Origin: Candidatus Nanoarchaeia archaeon
Lineage (GTDB): Archaea; Nanobdellota; Nanobdellia; SCGC-AAA011-G17; DATDVL01
Assembly: GCA_035290025.1 (NCBI GenBank)
Contig: DATDVL010000017.1
Span: 1-51,310 of the forward strand
Direction: 5' to 3'
Length of the DNA: 51,310 nucleotides
A program made the translations under genes and the position numbers. This document shows, piece by piece, positions 7,318 through 15,638 of the stretch; positions within the stretch are counted from its first letter, which is position 1, and each line of letters starts with the position of its first letter. The notes beneath the pieces were generated by a model. It was not told where the DNA came from and did not search any database. It saw only the letters and a list, made by a program, of their open reading frames with translations.

Positions 7318-8825
7318 AGTATCCTCGTCTTCATGGTTCGTAATTGTTCTAGATCATTGCCGTACATGTCTCGTAAGTCTTTGATACCATAGTTCTCTAC
7401 GCTTATTCTGTCAACGCCTAGTCCCCAGGCGAGTACGGGTACGAATTTTCCGAGGAGTGGTTCTACGACTTCTGGTCTGAAGATGCCTGCTCCTCCGAAT
7501 TCTACCCATGTTTTCCTTGTGGGGTGCCAGATGTCTACTTCTACTGATGGTTCTGTGTAGGGGAATGGTCCTGGTCGGAATCGTACTTTGTCATGTCCCA
7601 TGGCGGTGAAGAATGTTTTCAAATAGCCGAGTAGGTGTTGTAGGTTTGCATGTTCATCGATGACAATGCCTTCTGTTTGGTAGAATTCAAATAAGTGTTT
7701 CCAGTCAAGTGTTTCGTTTCTGAATACTTTTCCTACGCTGAAGTATTTGCAGGGTAGTTTTATATTTTTGTCTTTGATGTTTCTGAGTGTTTGTGCAGAC
7801 AAGCAAGTAGTATGTGTTCGTAGCACGTTTCTTTGTGCTTCTTTCGGGTTCCAGTGTTCTCCCCACCCTTTGCTTCCGGTTGTTCCACCGTTTTTATGTA
7901 CTGCTGCTATGTCTTTCCAAAAACTGGGTAGTTTTCCTTGTGCTGGTTGTTTGATATAATAAGTGTCTTGTAGTTCTCGTGCGGGATGGTCTTGTGGCGT
8001 GAAGAGTGCGTCGAAGTTCCAGAAGCTTGTTTGTACTTTTGTTCCTGTCATTTCTTGGAATCCTAGGTTTTTCCAGATGTTTCTGATGTAGTGTAAAGTG
8101 TCGTTAGTGAAGTGTCTTTTTCCTCCCGTGATGGTTGGTACGGGTGCTTTGATGTCGTAGCTTCTGAAGTTTTTGTTTTTCCAGTTTTGTTGTTGGAGGA
8201 GTTGTGGTGTTACTGTTTCTAGGAGTTCAGTGTTGAGTTTGATGGTGGTGAGTTTTCTCCCTAGGGGTGTGAGCTGTATGGTAATAATGGTTTGTTCTTC
8301 TTCTTTGATGAGTTGTTTTCTTTGTTTGAGTTCTTTGAGGAGTTGGGTGTTAAGATTATTTGCGGGTGTTGGTAATTGTTCTAGTAATTGTTGTTCGGGT
8401 GTTTTCTTGGTGAGTAATTCTTCTCCTTTTTTGGTGAGGTCGAGTTTTCCGTTCGTTATGGTTATTGCTTGTTGTTTTTTGAGTGTTCCGAGTGCTATGG
8501 TGAATTCTTCGGGTGTGAGTTTGCTGTTTTCTTTGACGTCGATGATGCTTCGTGGTTTTTTTTCTAGTTCTTTGAGTAATTGTTGTTCTGGCAATCCTTC
8601 CTGTAAGTATTTTTTTCCGTTGTCTCCGAGGGTGATGATAATAGTTGTTATTTTGTTTCTGGTGAGTACGCCTTTGTTTTCTAGCCATTGTAGTGCTCGT
8701 GTTACTTCTACGGGTTGCATGTTGCTTTTCGTAGCAAGTGTTTCTTGGGTGCTATGGTCTTGTAAGTGGGGTAAGATTTTTCTTTCTAGGGGGTGTAATT
8801 GATTAGCCACCTCTTGGATATCCAT
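7314..8825 (-). CDS. pheS: phenylalanine--tRNA ligase alpha subunit (archaeal type)
   Basis: 503 aa. N-terminal winged-helix repeats are followed by class-II motifs (FRPGPFPYTEPSVEVD, GAGIFRPEV). TGA stop. Confidence 0.92.
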   Translation of the reverse strand: MDIQEVANQLHPLERKILPHLQDHSTQETLATKSNMQPVEVTRALQWLENKGVLTRNKITTIIITLGDNGKKYLQEGLPEQQLLKELEKKPRSIIDVKENSKLTPEEFTIALGTLKKQQAITITNGKLDLTKKGEELLTKKTPEQQLLEQLPTPANNLNTQLLKELKQRKQLIKEEEQTIITIQLTPLGRKLTTIKLNTELLETVTPQLLQQQNWKNKNFRSYDIKAPVPTITGGKRHFTNDTLHYIRNIWKNLGFQEMTGTKVQTSFWNFDALFTPQDHPARELQDTYYIKQPAQGKLPSFWKDIAAVHKNGGTTGSKGWGEHWNPKEAQRNVLRTHTTCLSAQTLRNIKDKNIKLPCKYFSVGKVFRNETLDWKHLFEFYQTEGIVIDEHANLQHLLGYLKTFFTAMGHDKVRFRPGPFPYTEPSVEVDIWHPTRKTWVEFGGAGIFRPEVVEPLLGKFVPVLAWGLGVDRISVENYGIKDLRDMYGNDLEQLRTMKTRIL

Positions 8826-8847
8826 AAGGAATGGAATACTAGGTGAT

Positions 8848-8858
8848 GTTTATAAATT
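8848..8858 (-). promoter_or_regulatory. TATA box for pheS
   Basis: The minus strand reads aatttataaac, centred about 27 nt upstream of the ATG at 8825. Confidence 0.45.
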
Positions 8859-8874
8859 CTGCTGTCACATATTT

Positions 8875-9363
8875 CTAGTCTGTTGTGGCTGTTAGGGTAA
8901 CAGTGTGTTTTTCTGCTATTGCATGGAGTTTTCTTCTTCGTAATTGTTCTGATCCTATCATGACGAGTAGTCCTAGTCCCATGATACCCATGCCTTGGAG
9001 TCTCTTTTCAATAGTTTCTTGGTCGTAGGCTATGCAGGTGCTATTTGTGGCATAAGTTTGCGTTTCCGTTTTTGCTTCTTTTATGAGTTCGGAAAGAGGT
9101 AGTTCTTTTTGGTCTGCTCTGGTGATAATAGCATAATTTGTAGTGAATCCTGTTTGTTCTAACTGGGTAAGTGCGGTAAGTCGTTGTTGTGCTTGTGTTC
9201 TTTGTTGTACATCTGTGGGTGCGGGTAACGGTTTTACGAGGTGGATCATTCCCATAATACTTACGGCTATGCCTCCGAGTGTTATTGCACCCCATATTCT
9301 TTTAGGTGTTGTTGTTTCTTGAAGATAGGCAGGGTAATGGTCTGAGGGTATTATTCTAGTCAC
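8875..9363 (-). CDS. TM-helical-TM hairpin membrane protein (162 aa)
   Basis: GTG start. TM segments are IWGAITLGGIAVSIMGMI and GMGIMGLGLLVMIG, with a Q/T-rich helical middle. Confidence 0.55.
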   Translation of the reverse strand: MTRIIPSDHYPAYLQETTTPKRIWGAITLGGIAVSIMGMIHLVKPLPAPTDVQQRTQAQQRLTALTQLEQTGFTTNYAIITRADQKELPLSELIKEAKTETQTYATNSTCIAYDQETIEKRLQGMGIMGLGLLVMIGSEQLRRRKLHAIAEKHTVTLTATTD

Positions 9364-9399
9364 GGTGTTGCAGATTTTTTTATATTTATAAACTTTTGT

Positions 9400-10161
9400 T
9401 TAGTGGCTGTAACATTTTCCGTCAGTTGCTAGGTAGGCTTGCATGCCGCGGAGTTCTTTATGGAGTCTGAGGGCTACTGCTTGGAAGTCTATGAGTGTAT
9501 GGATGCCGCCTCCTTTTCTAAAGATGTCTGTAACAGTTACAGGTAGGTTATGGGCGTGAACAAAAGGTTGGTGTATTCTTGTTACTAATTCTGGGTTGCT
9601 GAGGATGGCGAGTCTTTGGATTGCTATTAGGGGTGATAATGGTGTTCCTTCCCATGCATTTGCTAGTTGTAGAACTCCTGGTCGGTATTGTTCTAGTGTG
9701 ACAAGGATGTGGATGAGTCGTTCGTGGTCTAGGGTATCGATAATGACGGGTTTTGTGCCGTTGGTCCATGATCGTTCTTCTGCTTCTTTAGCGCATAGTT
9801 CTGAAAAGCCTGGTCCTAGTTCTACATAAGTTCTTTCTCGGTTAGTTCTTAGTCGTTCGCTTACGCGTTCTGAGTCTGGTGGTGTCAGGAATTGGTCGTA
9901 GGTTGCTATGCTTCTTCCTGTGATAAGGAATCCGTTTAGTTGGCTGAAGGGTTGTGGTGATGGTTTGAACATGCCTCGTATTTCAAAAAGTCCTGCCGTG
10001 CGTAGCAGGATAATATCTCCTATGGTGTCTGTGATGATGACTTGTTCTAGTGTTCTTGTTAATGTTCTTGTGAGTGCTTCTTCTAGGGTTATTTCTATGC
10101 GTTGAGCTTTTTCGCCATGTTGTGTAGAATCAATGTCGCGGTAGGCTTTGAGTGGTGTCAT
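9400..10161 (-). CDS. hypothetical soluble protein (253 aa)
   Basis: Good ATG with a 4-nt overlap onto the upstream gene. YVELGPGFSE is only weakly reminiscent of SAM-MTase motif I and is not enough for a call. Confidence 0.55.
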   Translation of the reverse strand: MTPLKAYRDIDSTQHGEKAQRIEITLEEALTRTLTRTLEQVIITDTIGDIILLRTAGLFEIRGMFKPSPQPFSQLNGFLITGRSIATYDQFLTPPDSERVSERLRTNRERTYVELGPGFSELCAKEAEERSWTNGTKPVIIDTLDHERLIHILVTLEQYRPGVLQLANAWEGTPLSPLIAIQRLAILSNPELVTRIHQPFVHAHNLPVTVTDIFRKGGGIHTLIDFQAVALRLHKELRGMQAYLATDGKCYSH

Positions 10162-10556
10162 GAGAATTTTCTTTTGTCAGGTTCGGTTTCTAATAAATCA
10201 AGAAGTGTTGTATAAGATTCTTTCGTGAAGGGGAATTCTCGTTGGCAGTCGTTGCAAATAACTGTTAAAGGTTCTCCATGATTGCGTGTCATGTGGTTTT
10301 CAATGTCGGCCTCGAAAAGTATACCGCTTTGATAGAATGTATGGTCTTTTTCAGGGTTTATTCTTCTTCTTTGATGGTCTTTTTTTTGTCGTTCTAAATT
10401 TTGTTGTGCCAATGGCGTTGGTTTTTTGTATCTACTGCCATGATAGGTTCCTTCTTTTCCTTTGCATCCGCAGTCAATGGCGAAGTGTTTTGTGGGATTG
10501 CAGATAAGTCTGTAGGTTGCTTCTAGTTTTTCTATAATAAATTCTGCTGATGGCAT
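10158..10556 (-). CDS. hypothetical Cys-containing protein (132 aa)
   Basis: Possible metal site from ICN..DCGC and ICNDC. The middle is basic. Confidence 0.5.
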   Translation of the reverse strand: MPSAEFIIEKLEATYRLICNPTKHFAIDCGCKGKEGTYHGSRYKKPTPLAQQNLERQKKDHQRRRINPEKDHTFYQSGILFEADIENHMTRNHGEPLTVICNDCQREFPFTKESYTTLLDLLETEPDKRKFS

Positions 10557-10565
10557 GTTTATGAT

Positions 10566-10949
10566 CTAAGAACTATCCTTTTTGAATTCTAAATAACCCA
10601 CCAGAGAAGTCAAAGAAAGTATAAATGTTATATAGCCTGCAATTTGAGCCTTTTCAACAGTTTTTCGTGCTTGGACGTCAGATGTTTGTGTGAGTGTTTC
10701 TAGGTTGTCTCGTGTTGTTTCTAGTGTTTGGTCTATAATGTGTAGCATGGTTTCTTGGTAGGGTTGTGGTTGTAGTGTTGGCTCTTTTGAGATGTTGAGT
10801 CTTATGCTTTCAAGTCTTTGGAGTGAACTTTTTGTTGTATCATAGGCTTTGGTAGTACTTGTTTCTTTTTTTAACAATGTTTCTCCAATAACAATAGTAG
10901 CTATGCCTAGTACTCCTGTTCCAATTATTATTTTGGTAATCCTATTCAT
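10566..10949 (-). CDS. TM-helical-TM hairpin membrane protein (127 aa)
   Basis: TM segments are KIIIGTGVLGIATIVIG and IAGYITFILSLTSLVGYL. There is an ATGA overlap with the upstream gene. Confidence 0.55.
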   Translation of the reverse strand: MNRITKIIIGTGVLGIATIVIGETLLKKETSTTKAYDTTKSSLQRLESIRLNISKEPTLQPQPYQETMLHIIDQTLETTRDNLETLTQTSDVQARKTVEKAQIAGYITFILSLTSLVGYLEFKKDSS

Positions 10950-11503
10950 GTTGTTCCTGCGGTGAGTGCTGCTCGTTCTTCCACGTACTTTTTCTGTGCT
11001 CTTCTTAAGTTGTATATGGCTATGCCTGCTCCGAGAACTATGCCTGCAAGGCTTTTAAAGAAGTACATGTGCCATGTGTTTCTAGTTCTGTTGTCATAGT
11101 CTGCAACTGCTGGAGTTGTATTGATAGTTGTTATTTCTTGTTCGTAGCGGGTAATGACCCTGTCGAATACTTGTAAACGGTCGTCAATGGTACTTGTTGT
11201 TTTTTGTGGGAAAAGTTGTTCTAGTTCTTGTTCTAAGCCTGTGGGTGTGTAAGTTATGGGTACAGGTGTTGCTGATAGTTTTGCTCTTTCTTGTCGGATA
11301 TAGTTGAGTGTTACTTGTGCGTTTCTTCGTGTGGTTAGCTGTTCAGTAATTGCTTCTGGTGGTGTATGTTTTTTGTGTTCATCTAGTATTCCCCAAAGAA
11401 CTCCACTTAATCCGATTCCTGCGAAGAGAAAGACATTTGTGGTGACTCTATTTCGGTAGCGTTGTTCTATTGTTTCTGCGGGTGTTTGTTGGTTGGTAAT
11501 CAT
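10946..11503 (-). CDS. TM-helical-TM hairpin membrane protein (185 aa)
   Basis: TM segments are NVFLFAGIGLSGVLWGIL and MYFFKSLAGIVLGAGIAIY. Confidence 0.55.
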   Translation of the reverse strand: MITNQQTPAETIEQRYRNRVTTNVFLFAGIGLSGVLWGILDEHKKHTPPEAITEQLTTRRNAQVTLNYIRQERAKLSATPVPITYTPTGLEQELEQLFPQKTTSTIDDRLQVFDRVITRYEQEITTINTTPAVADYDNRTRNTWHMYFFKSLAGIVLGAGIAIYNLRRAQKKYVEERAALTAGTT

Positions 11504-11507
11504 AGTC

Positions 11508-12164
11508 TTATTGTCTTCCGTATTTTTTTCTTAATGTTTCGTACCAGGGTGCGATTGCATCTGCTTCTTTTCCTATGGGTATATCTAAGTCGGCGTTTAG
11601 TCTTTTTCCTTTGAAGGTAGGTCTTATTCTTCCAGTTGTTAAGGTTCCTTCAAAAGTTCTGTCTGATGGTATTTTTATCCTTGTAGATGTGTATACTGCA
11701 TGGTATCCTTGCCTGATCATTTCGTCAAGAACAGGTGATCGTCCAATTGCCCAGGGTTCATTAAGATTTTTATCACAACTTCTTTTTGTGTTTAATCGTA
11801 CATGAGAAAACATGCGTTTTTCAAAGAGTCTTGCTATAGTAGCTGTCTCTTCTGAAGCTTGGTGTATGAGCATGGTTACCATGCTGCTATGGGGGTAAGG
11901 GGTATAGTGATTGTCATCGACGAAAGCATCAATAGCGAGAAAACTTCCAGGTACGATCCCTTGTCTGGTCAATGCTTGTTTTACTTCTGCTTCGTCAGTA
12001 ACTTCTGTTATGATTGCTGGTTCAAATAATATTTCTGTACTGTGAGTAGTAATGTTGTCACCTTCACCTGATTTTTCAGGGAATGTTTTGTAGGCTTCAA
12101 GAATCAGGTCATTGAGTTGGCTTGGTGCTACAGAAAATGATTGTTCAAAAGTTTTAGGTGTCAT
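11508..12164 (-). CDS. hypothetical soluble protein (218 aa)
   Basis: ATG lies 5 nt after the upstream stop. No family recognised. Confidence 0.55.
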   Translation of the reverse strand: MTPKTFEQSFSVAPSQLNDLILEAYKTFPEKSGEGDNITTHSTEILFEPAIITEVTDEAEVKQALTRQGIVPGSFLAIDAFVDDNHYTPYPHSSMVTMLIHQASEETATIARLFEKRMFSHVRLNTKRSCDKNLNEPWAIGRSPVLDEMIRQGYHAVYTSTRIKIPSDRTFEGTLTTGRIRPTFKGKRLNADLDIPIGKEADAIAPWYETLRKKYGRQ

Positions 12165-12169
12165 GGTTA

Positions 12170-12601
12170 TTAGTCATGAGTTATGTGTATTCTTGGTGGC
12201 TTATTCATTTCATTACATGCATAGGTAAAGGAACCTAATGCTGTGAGGGCCATGATGATACTTCCGAAAATAGTTGCTGATCTATGATTATCAGTTGCTT
12301 GTCGGTACTGGAGATAATCAGGGTGTTCTCGTTCGTAGGCACTTATTCTTTGTAATTCCTGGGTTGTTGTTTGTAGGTGTTGTGAGACTCCTTCAAGTTG
12401 TTGTCCTTTCATGGTCCATGGTTTTATGGTGTTAAGTTCTTCTTGTATCCTGTTAAGCTGGTAAATCTGTTCTGTATAGGTTTGTGCGAGATTGACGAGG
12501 GTTGTTCTTTCTGGTGTTGGTGCTATGATTTTTTCTAGTATAAGGTCTGCTCCAATAGAAAGTGCTAGTGCAATAGTAATGTTGCGAAGGGGTTTTGTCA
12601 T
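12170..12601 (-). CDS. TM-helical-TM hairpin membrane protein (143 aa)
   Basis: TM segments are ITIALALSIGADLIL and ATIFGSIIMALTALGSFTYA. The start lies 2 nt after the trmB-family stop. Confidence 0.55.
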   Translation of the reverse strand: MTKPLRNITIALALSIGADLILEKIIAPTPERTTLVNLAQTYTEQIYQLNRIQEELNTIKPWTMKGQQLEGVSQHLQTTTQELQRISAYEREHPDYLQYRQATDNHRSATIFGSIIMALTALGSFTYACNEMNKPPRIHITHD

Positions 12602-12603
12602 GA

Positions 12604-13419
12604 CTATTTCCCGTTTTTAGTATCTTTTAAGTTTTCCCATGCTGTGTGGAACATGTTGTTCATGGCTTGCACGAAGTACGGGCTTTTTACCCATACGCCT
12701 GTGTCGTAGTCTTCGTGGGTTGTTTTGTCGTCTGCCATCATGAAGAGCATTTCTTTGCCGTCGATTATTACAAATCGTGCGTTGATGTTTTCTAAGTGTT
12801 TTACAATGCTGGTGTCTTGGAGGAGTTGTTGTGCTTTGGTTGTTTCTTTGCTGAGGGGTGCTGCTATTTTTATTTTTACTCCTTTGCTTTTTAAGTGTTT
12901 GAATGTGTTTTTGAATCGTTCTGCTTTTCTTGCGAGTCCTTGTTCTGAAGTCATGATAAGTATTTCTTTTTGTGCGTTGTCGAGCATCGTGCTGAGTTGG
13001 CTGTAGAGTGCTGTTCTTCCTTTGATGCTTCCTGCTAGGCTTGTGGGGTCGATGTGTTCTATGCCTTGTTTGTAGAGGAGTTCTAGTTCTCCGAAGAGGT
13101 CTTCTTTGCGTACTTTTTCTAGCATGTCTGATCGTGTTTCTGCTTCTTCGTGGATGATGTTTTTCATGCGTTTGACGATTTCTTCAGGTGGTACGGCGAT
13201 GTAGCGTATGGGTTTGCCGAGTTTCATGATAATGAATCCTTTTTTTTCTAGGCTTTCGAGGACGTCGTAGCTTCTGCTTCGTGGTACGTTGCTCATGTCG
13301 GAGAGTTCTCCTGCGGCTGCTACGCCTCTGCTTAACAGTGCTGTCCAAATTTTGACTTCGTAAATATTTAGGTCGAAGGCTGCTCGTGCTTTTTTGAGAA
13401 ATGATTCGTTGACAATCAT
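12604..13419 (-). CDS. TrmB family transcriptional regulator
   Basis: N-terminal winged HTH: LNIYEVKIWTALLSRGVAAAGELSDMSNVPRSRSYDVLESLEKKGF. I take the ATG at 13419, preceded by SD aaggag, rather than the GTG at 13437. Confidence 0.8.
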   Translation of the reverse strand: MIVNESFLKKARAAFDLNIYEVKIWTALLSRGVAAAGELSDMSNVPRSRSYDVLESLEKKGFIIMKLGKPIRYIAVPPEEIVKRMKNIIHEEAETRSDMLEKVRKEDLFGELELLYKQGIEHIDPTSLAGSIKGRTALYSQLSTMLDNAQKEILIMTSEQGLARKAERFKNTFKHLKSKGVKIKIAAPLSKETTKAQQLLQDTSIVKHLENINARFVIIDGKEMLFMMADDKTTHEDYDTGVWVKSPYFVQAMNNMFHTAWENLKDTKNGK

Positions 13420-13469
13420 GGTATGCTGCTCCTTCACCCCAATCTTTGTTACTCGTGGGTAGAGAAAGG

Positions 13470-13477
13470 TATATAAA
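13470..13477. promoter_or_regulatory. near-palindromic TATA box (tatataaa) between divergent trmB-family gene and 13515 gene
   Basis: It is the only A/T box in the ~95-nt divergent region. Spacing suits transcription starts near 13445 (minus) and 13500 (plus). Confidence 0.45.
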
Positions 13478-13514
13478 GCTTTCGTTAATGTAACTACTAT
13501 TGAGGAATAAGCAA

Positions 13515-14096
13515 ATGCCTGCGTTACAACATTCTAATCAGCAACGTTCGAGAAGTGTGTTGCGTCAAGAAATTGAGGAATTAGCTTCTTTATCTCAAGC
13601 TGTAAACGATGAACTGGTTCGTTTGCGTGAAGCAGAGTCTCGTAGTGCGCATGGTCTAGTAGTCTATTTAGTAGATGGGGAAGGAAAAGTGCGAGATTTT
13701 GACCATGTGCATACTGATGCTTTGCGTGGCTATTTGCAAATAAGTAGGGGTAATAAATTTAAGGCTGCTCAAATGGCAGGTATGAATTATAACACTTTTT
13801 GCCTTCAGTTGAAGCGTTTTGGTGTAATCTATGACCCTAGTTCTGTTATGGGTAATCCTGCTCGTGAGTTGGAAGTATTACTAAAAGAGGTTGGTTCTTG
13901 GAGTGGTGGGGAATTACCTACGTTGGATGAACTACAAGATAGGTATATTGCATTTGTGTTTGCAAGAAACAATGGTCATGTGACGAATACTGCTAATGAC
14001 TTAGGTATTAGTCGCGGTGCTCTTTTTAATTGTCGTAGAAGGTTAGGCTTGGATACTACTGCATATCGTCGTCGTGGTTCTACGGTGAGTAAATAA
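13515..14096 (+). CDS. protein with two Fis-type (HTH_8-like) helix-turn-helix motifs
   Basis: GNKFKAAQMAGMNYNTFCLQLKRFGV and NNGHVTNTANDLGISRGALFNCRRRLGL both match the GN-x-x-x-AA-x-x-LGIsR-x-tL-x-x-kl-x-x-yG pattern of bacterial Fis/NtrC C-termini. ATG at 13515, with gagg 10 nt upstream. Confidence 0.5.
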   Translation: MPALQHSNQQRSRSVLRQEIEELASLSQAVNDELVRLREAESRSAHGLVVYLVDGEGKVRDFDHVHTDALRGYLQISRGNKFKAAQMAGMNYNTFCLQLKRFGVIYDPSSVMGNPARELEVLLKEVGSWSGGELPTLDELQDRYIAFVFARNNGHVTNTANDLGISRGALFNCRRRLGLDTTAYRRRGSTVSK

Positions 14097-15189
14097 ATTT
14101 ATGGAGCTGTTGTTCTGCTTTTTTTCTTCGTTTTTGGTGTTCTTGTAAGAACGTGTTTATTTTGTCAATGAGTAGTTGTTTTAATTCTCCTGATAATAGT
14201 TTTCCACTTTTGTAGTCATGGTAGGTATTTTCTAGTTTTTTGTCGTCTTCTTCCAAGAAAGTAAGCCATTGGTAGCTGATGTCTATGTCAGGATTTCCTC
14301 CATGTTTTCTGTGTTCTTCTAGGGTGTCTTTTCCTCCACTAAAAGCATATTTTTTTATTTTTTTTGCTACGTCTTCTGGTGTGTCGGTGAGGAAGATGGC
14401 TGTGTCAGGTTGTGATGAAGACATTTTGGTGTGTATTCCTTTGAGTCCTGGCATGAATTTTATGAATGTTGCTGAAGGTGGGATGAATTTATAGTCTTTC
14501 ATGCGTTGAGCAATGTCTCTGCTTAGATTGATATGGGGTACTTGATCTGCTCCTACTGGCACGATAACAGGTTTTGGTCCTCCATTTTCTGATAGTTGTG
14601 GGTAAAGGATATCTGCTACTTGGGTAAATGCGGAAATAATTTTTCCTGGTGTGAGTTCTCCGTAAATTCCTTGTAGTTCATTGAAAGTTACTTTGTTTGC
14701 TATTATTTTGCTTAGGTTCATGTATTCTTTTGATCCTTCGCTTTGGAAGTAGAATTTAGTTTTTTTTGGCTGTAGTCCAAGTGCTATATAATTGAGGAGG
14801 TATTCATTTAGGGCTACTTCTCGTGCTTGGGCTAGGGGTATATTTCTGGTGAGATAAGATTCTATATCCGCTACGCATATATGGCAGTCTGCTCCTAATT
14901 TTTGGAAGTAAATCATGAGGTCAGTTATTGCTTTATGTCCGAAATGAAATTTTCCTGAAGGCATTAATCCAGTAAGCATGGCAAATGGTTTTTTTCCATC
15001 TATTGCTTGTAATACTGTTTCGAAAGATTTATGACCGAATGCAATGTTTCTTGTAAAATAATAGTTTTTAGGTATTTTTTTAAGTAACGTTTTAGTAGAT
15101 TCTACACCGAGGTCGCGCATTAATTTTTCATAGTTTTTTACTTCACTTGCTTTCCAAGGGTCGAGAAAGTTTGTTTCCTCTTTTGCCAT
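14080..15189 (-). CDS. trpS: tryptophan--tRNA ligase (archaeal/eukaryotic type)
   Basis: The N-terminus reads DPWKASEVKNYEKLMRDLGVE. The HIGH-type motif is PSGKFHFGH and the KMSKS variant is KMSSS. 369 aa. TrpRS is preferred over TyrRS on length and N-terminal motif. Confidence 0.8.
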   Translation of the reverse strand: MAKEETNFLDPWKASEVKNYEKLMRDLGVESTKTLLKKIPKNYYFTRNIAFGHKSFETVLQAIDGKKPFAMLTGLMPSGKFHFGHKAITDLMIYFQKLGADCHICVADIESYLTRNIPLAQAREVALNEYLLNYIALGLQPKKTKFYFQSEGSKEYMNLSKIIANKVTFNELQGIYGELTPGKIISAFTQVADILYPQLSENGGPKPVIVPVGADQVPHINLSRDIAQRMKDYKFIPPSATFIKFMPGLKGIHTKMSSSQPDTAIFLTDTPEDVAKKIKKYAFSGGKDTLEEHRKHGGNPDIDISYQWLTFLEEDDKKLENTYHDYKSGKLLSGELKQLLIDKINTFLQEHQKRRKKAEQQLHKFIYSP

Positions 15190-15211
15190 GATGGTTATTT
15201 GTAGTCAGTTG

Positions 15212-15222
15212 CTATTTAAATC
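15212..15222 (-). promoter_or_regulatory. TATA box for trpS
   Basis: The minus strand reads gatttaaatag, centred about 27 nt upstream of the ATG at 15189. Confidence 0.45.
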
Positions 15223-15265
15223 TTGCTTTAACATTGTTGACAGTAAGTCTTTTTTTGTTATCCAT

Positions 15266-15279
15266 AAAGTTTTTATAGG
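15266..15279 (+). promoter_or_regulatory. BRE/TATA (aaag tttttatagg) for the 15299 gene
   Basis: Centred about 26 nt upstream of the ATG at 15299. Confidence 0.45.
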
Positions 15280-15298
15280 CATATTTTTTTAGTGGATT

Positions 15299-15607
15299 AT
15301 GAGTTTTCATACACAGCATGATTTTGAGGAATCTTTAAAGTATCATGGTATTTATGTGACTCACGAAACTGGTCCTGCTGCACGTTATGCGGATCCTGTT
15401 GGTTATGTTGGGGTAAAGAACAGTGTTGTGCCTTCTGATAGGGCGGGTAAGTCTTTAGCTAAGTTTCTTGAGCTTGATGGTTCTTTACCTGATGCTGCGG
15501 AACGTCAATTAGATCGAGCTTTGGTTGCTGCTTTGCGTAGACAACTTGCGGGTCGTGCTGCGCATCGTGATGGTCGTGTTGCTACTCGTCTTTTTCATCG
15601 TCGATAA
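15299..15607 (+). CDS. hypothetical protein (102 aa)
   Basis: ATG at TATA spacing. No family recognised. Confidence 0.45.
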   Translation: MSFHTQHDFEESLKYHGIYVTHETGPAARYADPVGYVGVKNSVVPSDRAGKSLAKFLELDGSLPDAAERQLDRALVAALRRQLAGRAAHRDGRVATRLFHRR

Positions 15608-15638
15608 GGTTAAATAGGATTATTCTTGAGTATTGTTT

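Noticed and set aside
8173-8802. Long plus-strand ORFs lying inside confidently identified minus-strand genes. Examples are 8173-8802 (209 aa) in pheS, 18957-19292 in aCPSF1, 19774-20154 in psmB, 26101-26490 and 26309-26707 over rps28e/rpl7ae, 28242-28574 in gltX, 41173-41484, 46505-47044 and 49320-49715.
   Set aside because: The + strand is A-poor, so TAA, TAG and TGA are rare and long open frames arise by chance. Their products are low-complexity C/F/L/V/S strings, and each overlaps a gene with unmistakable family motifs.
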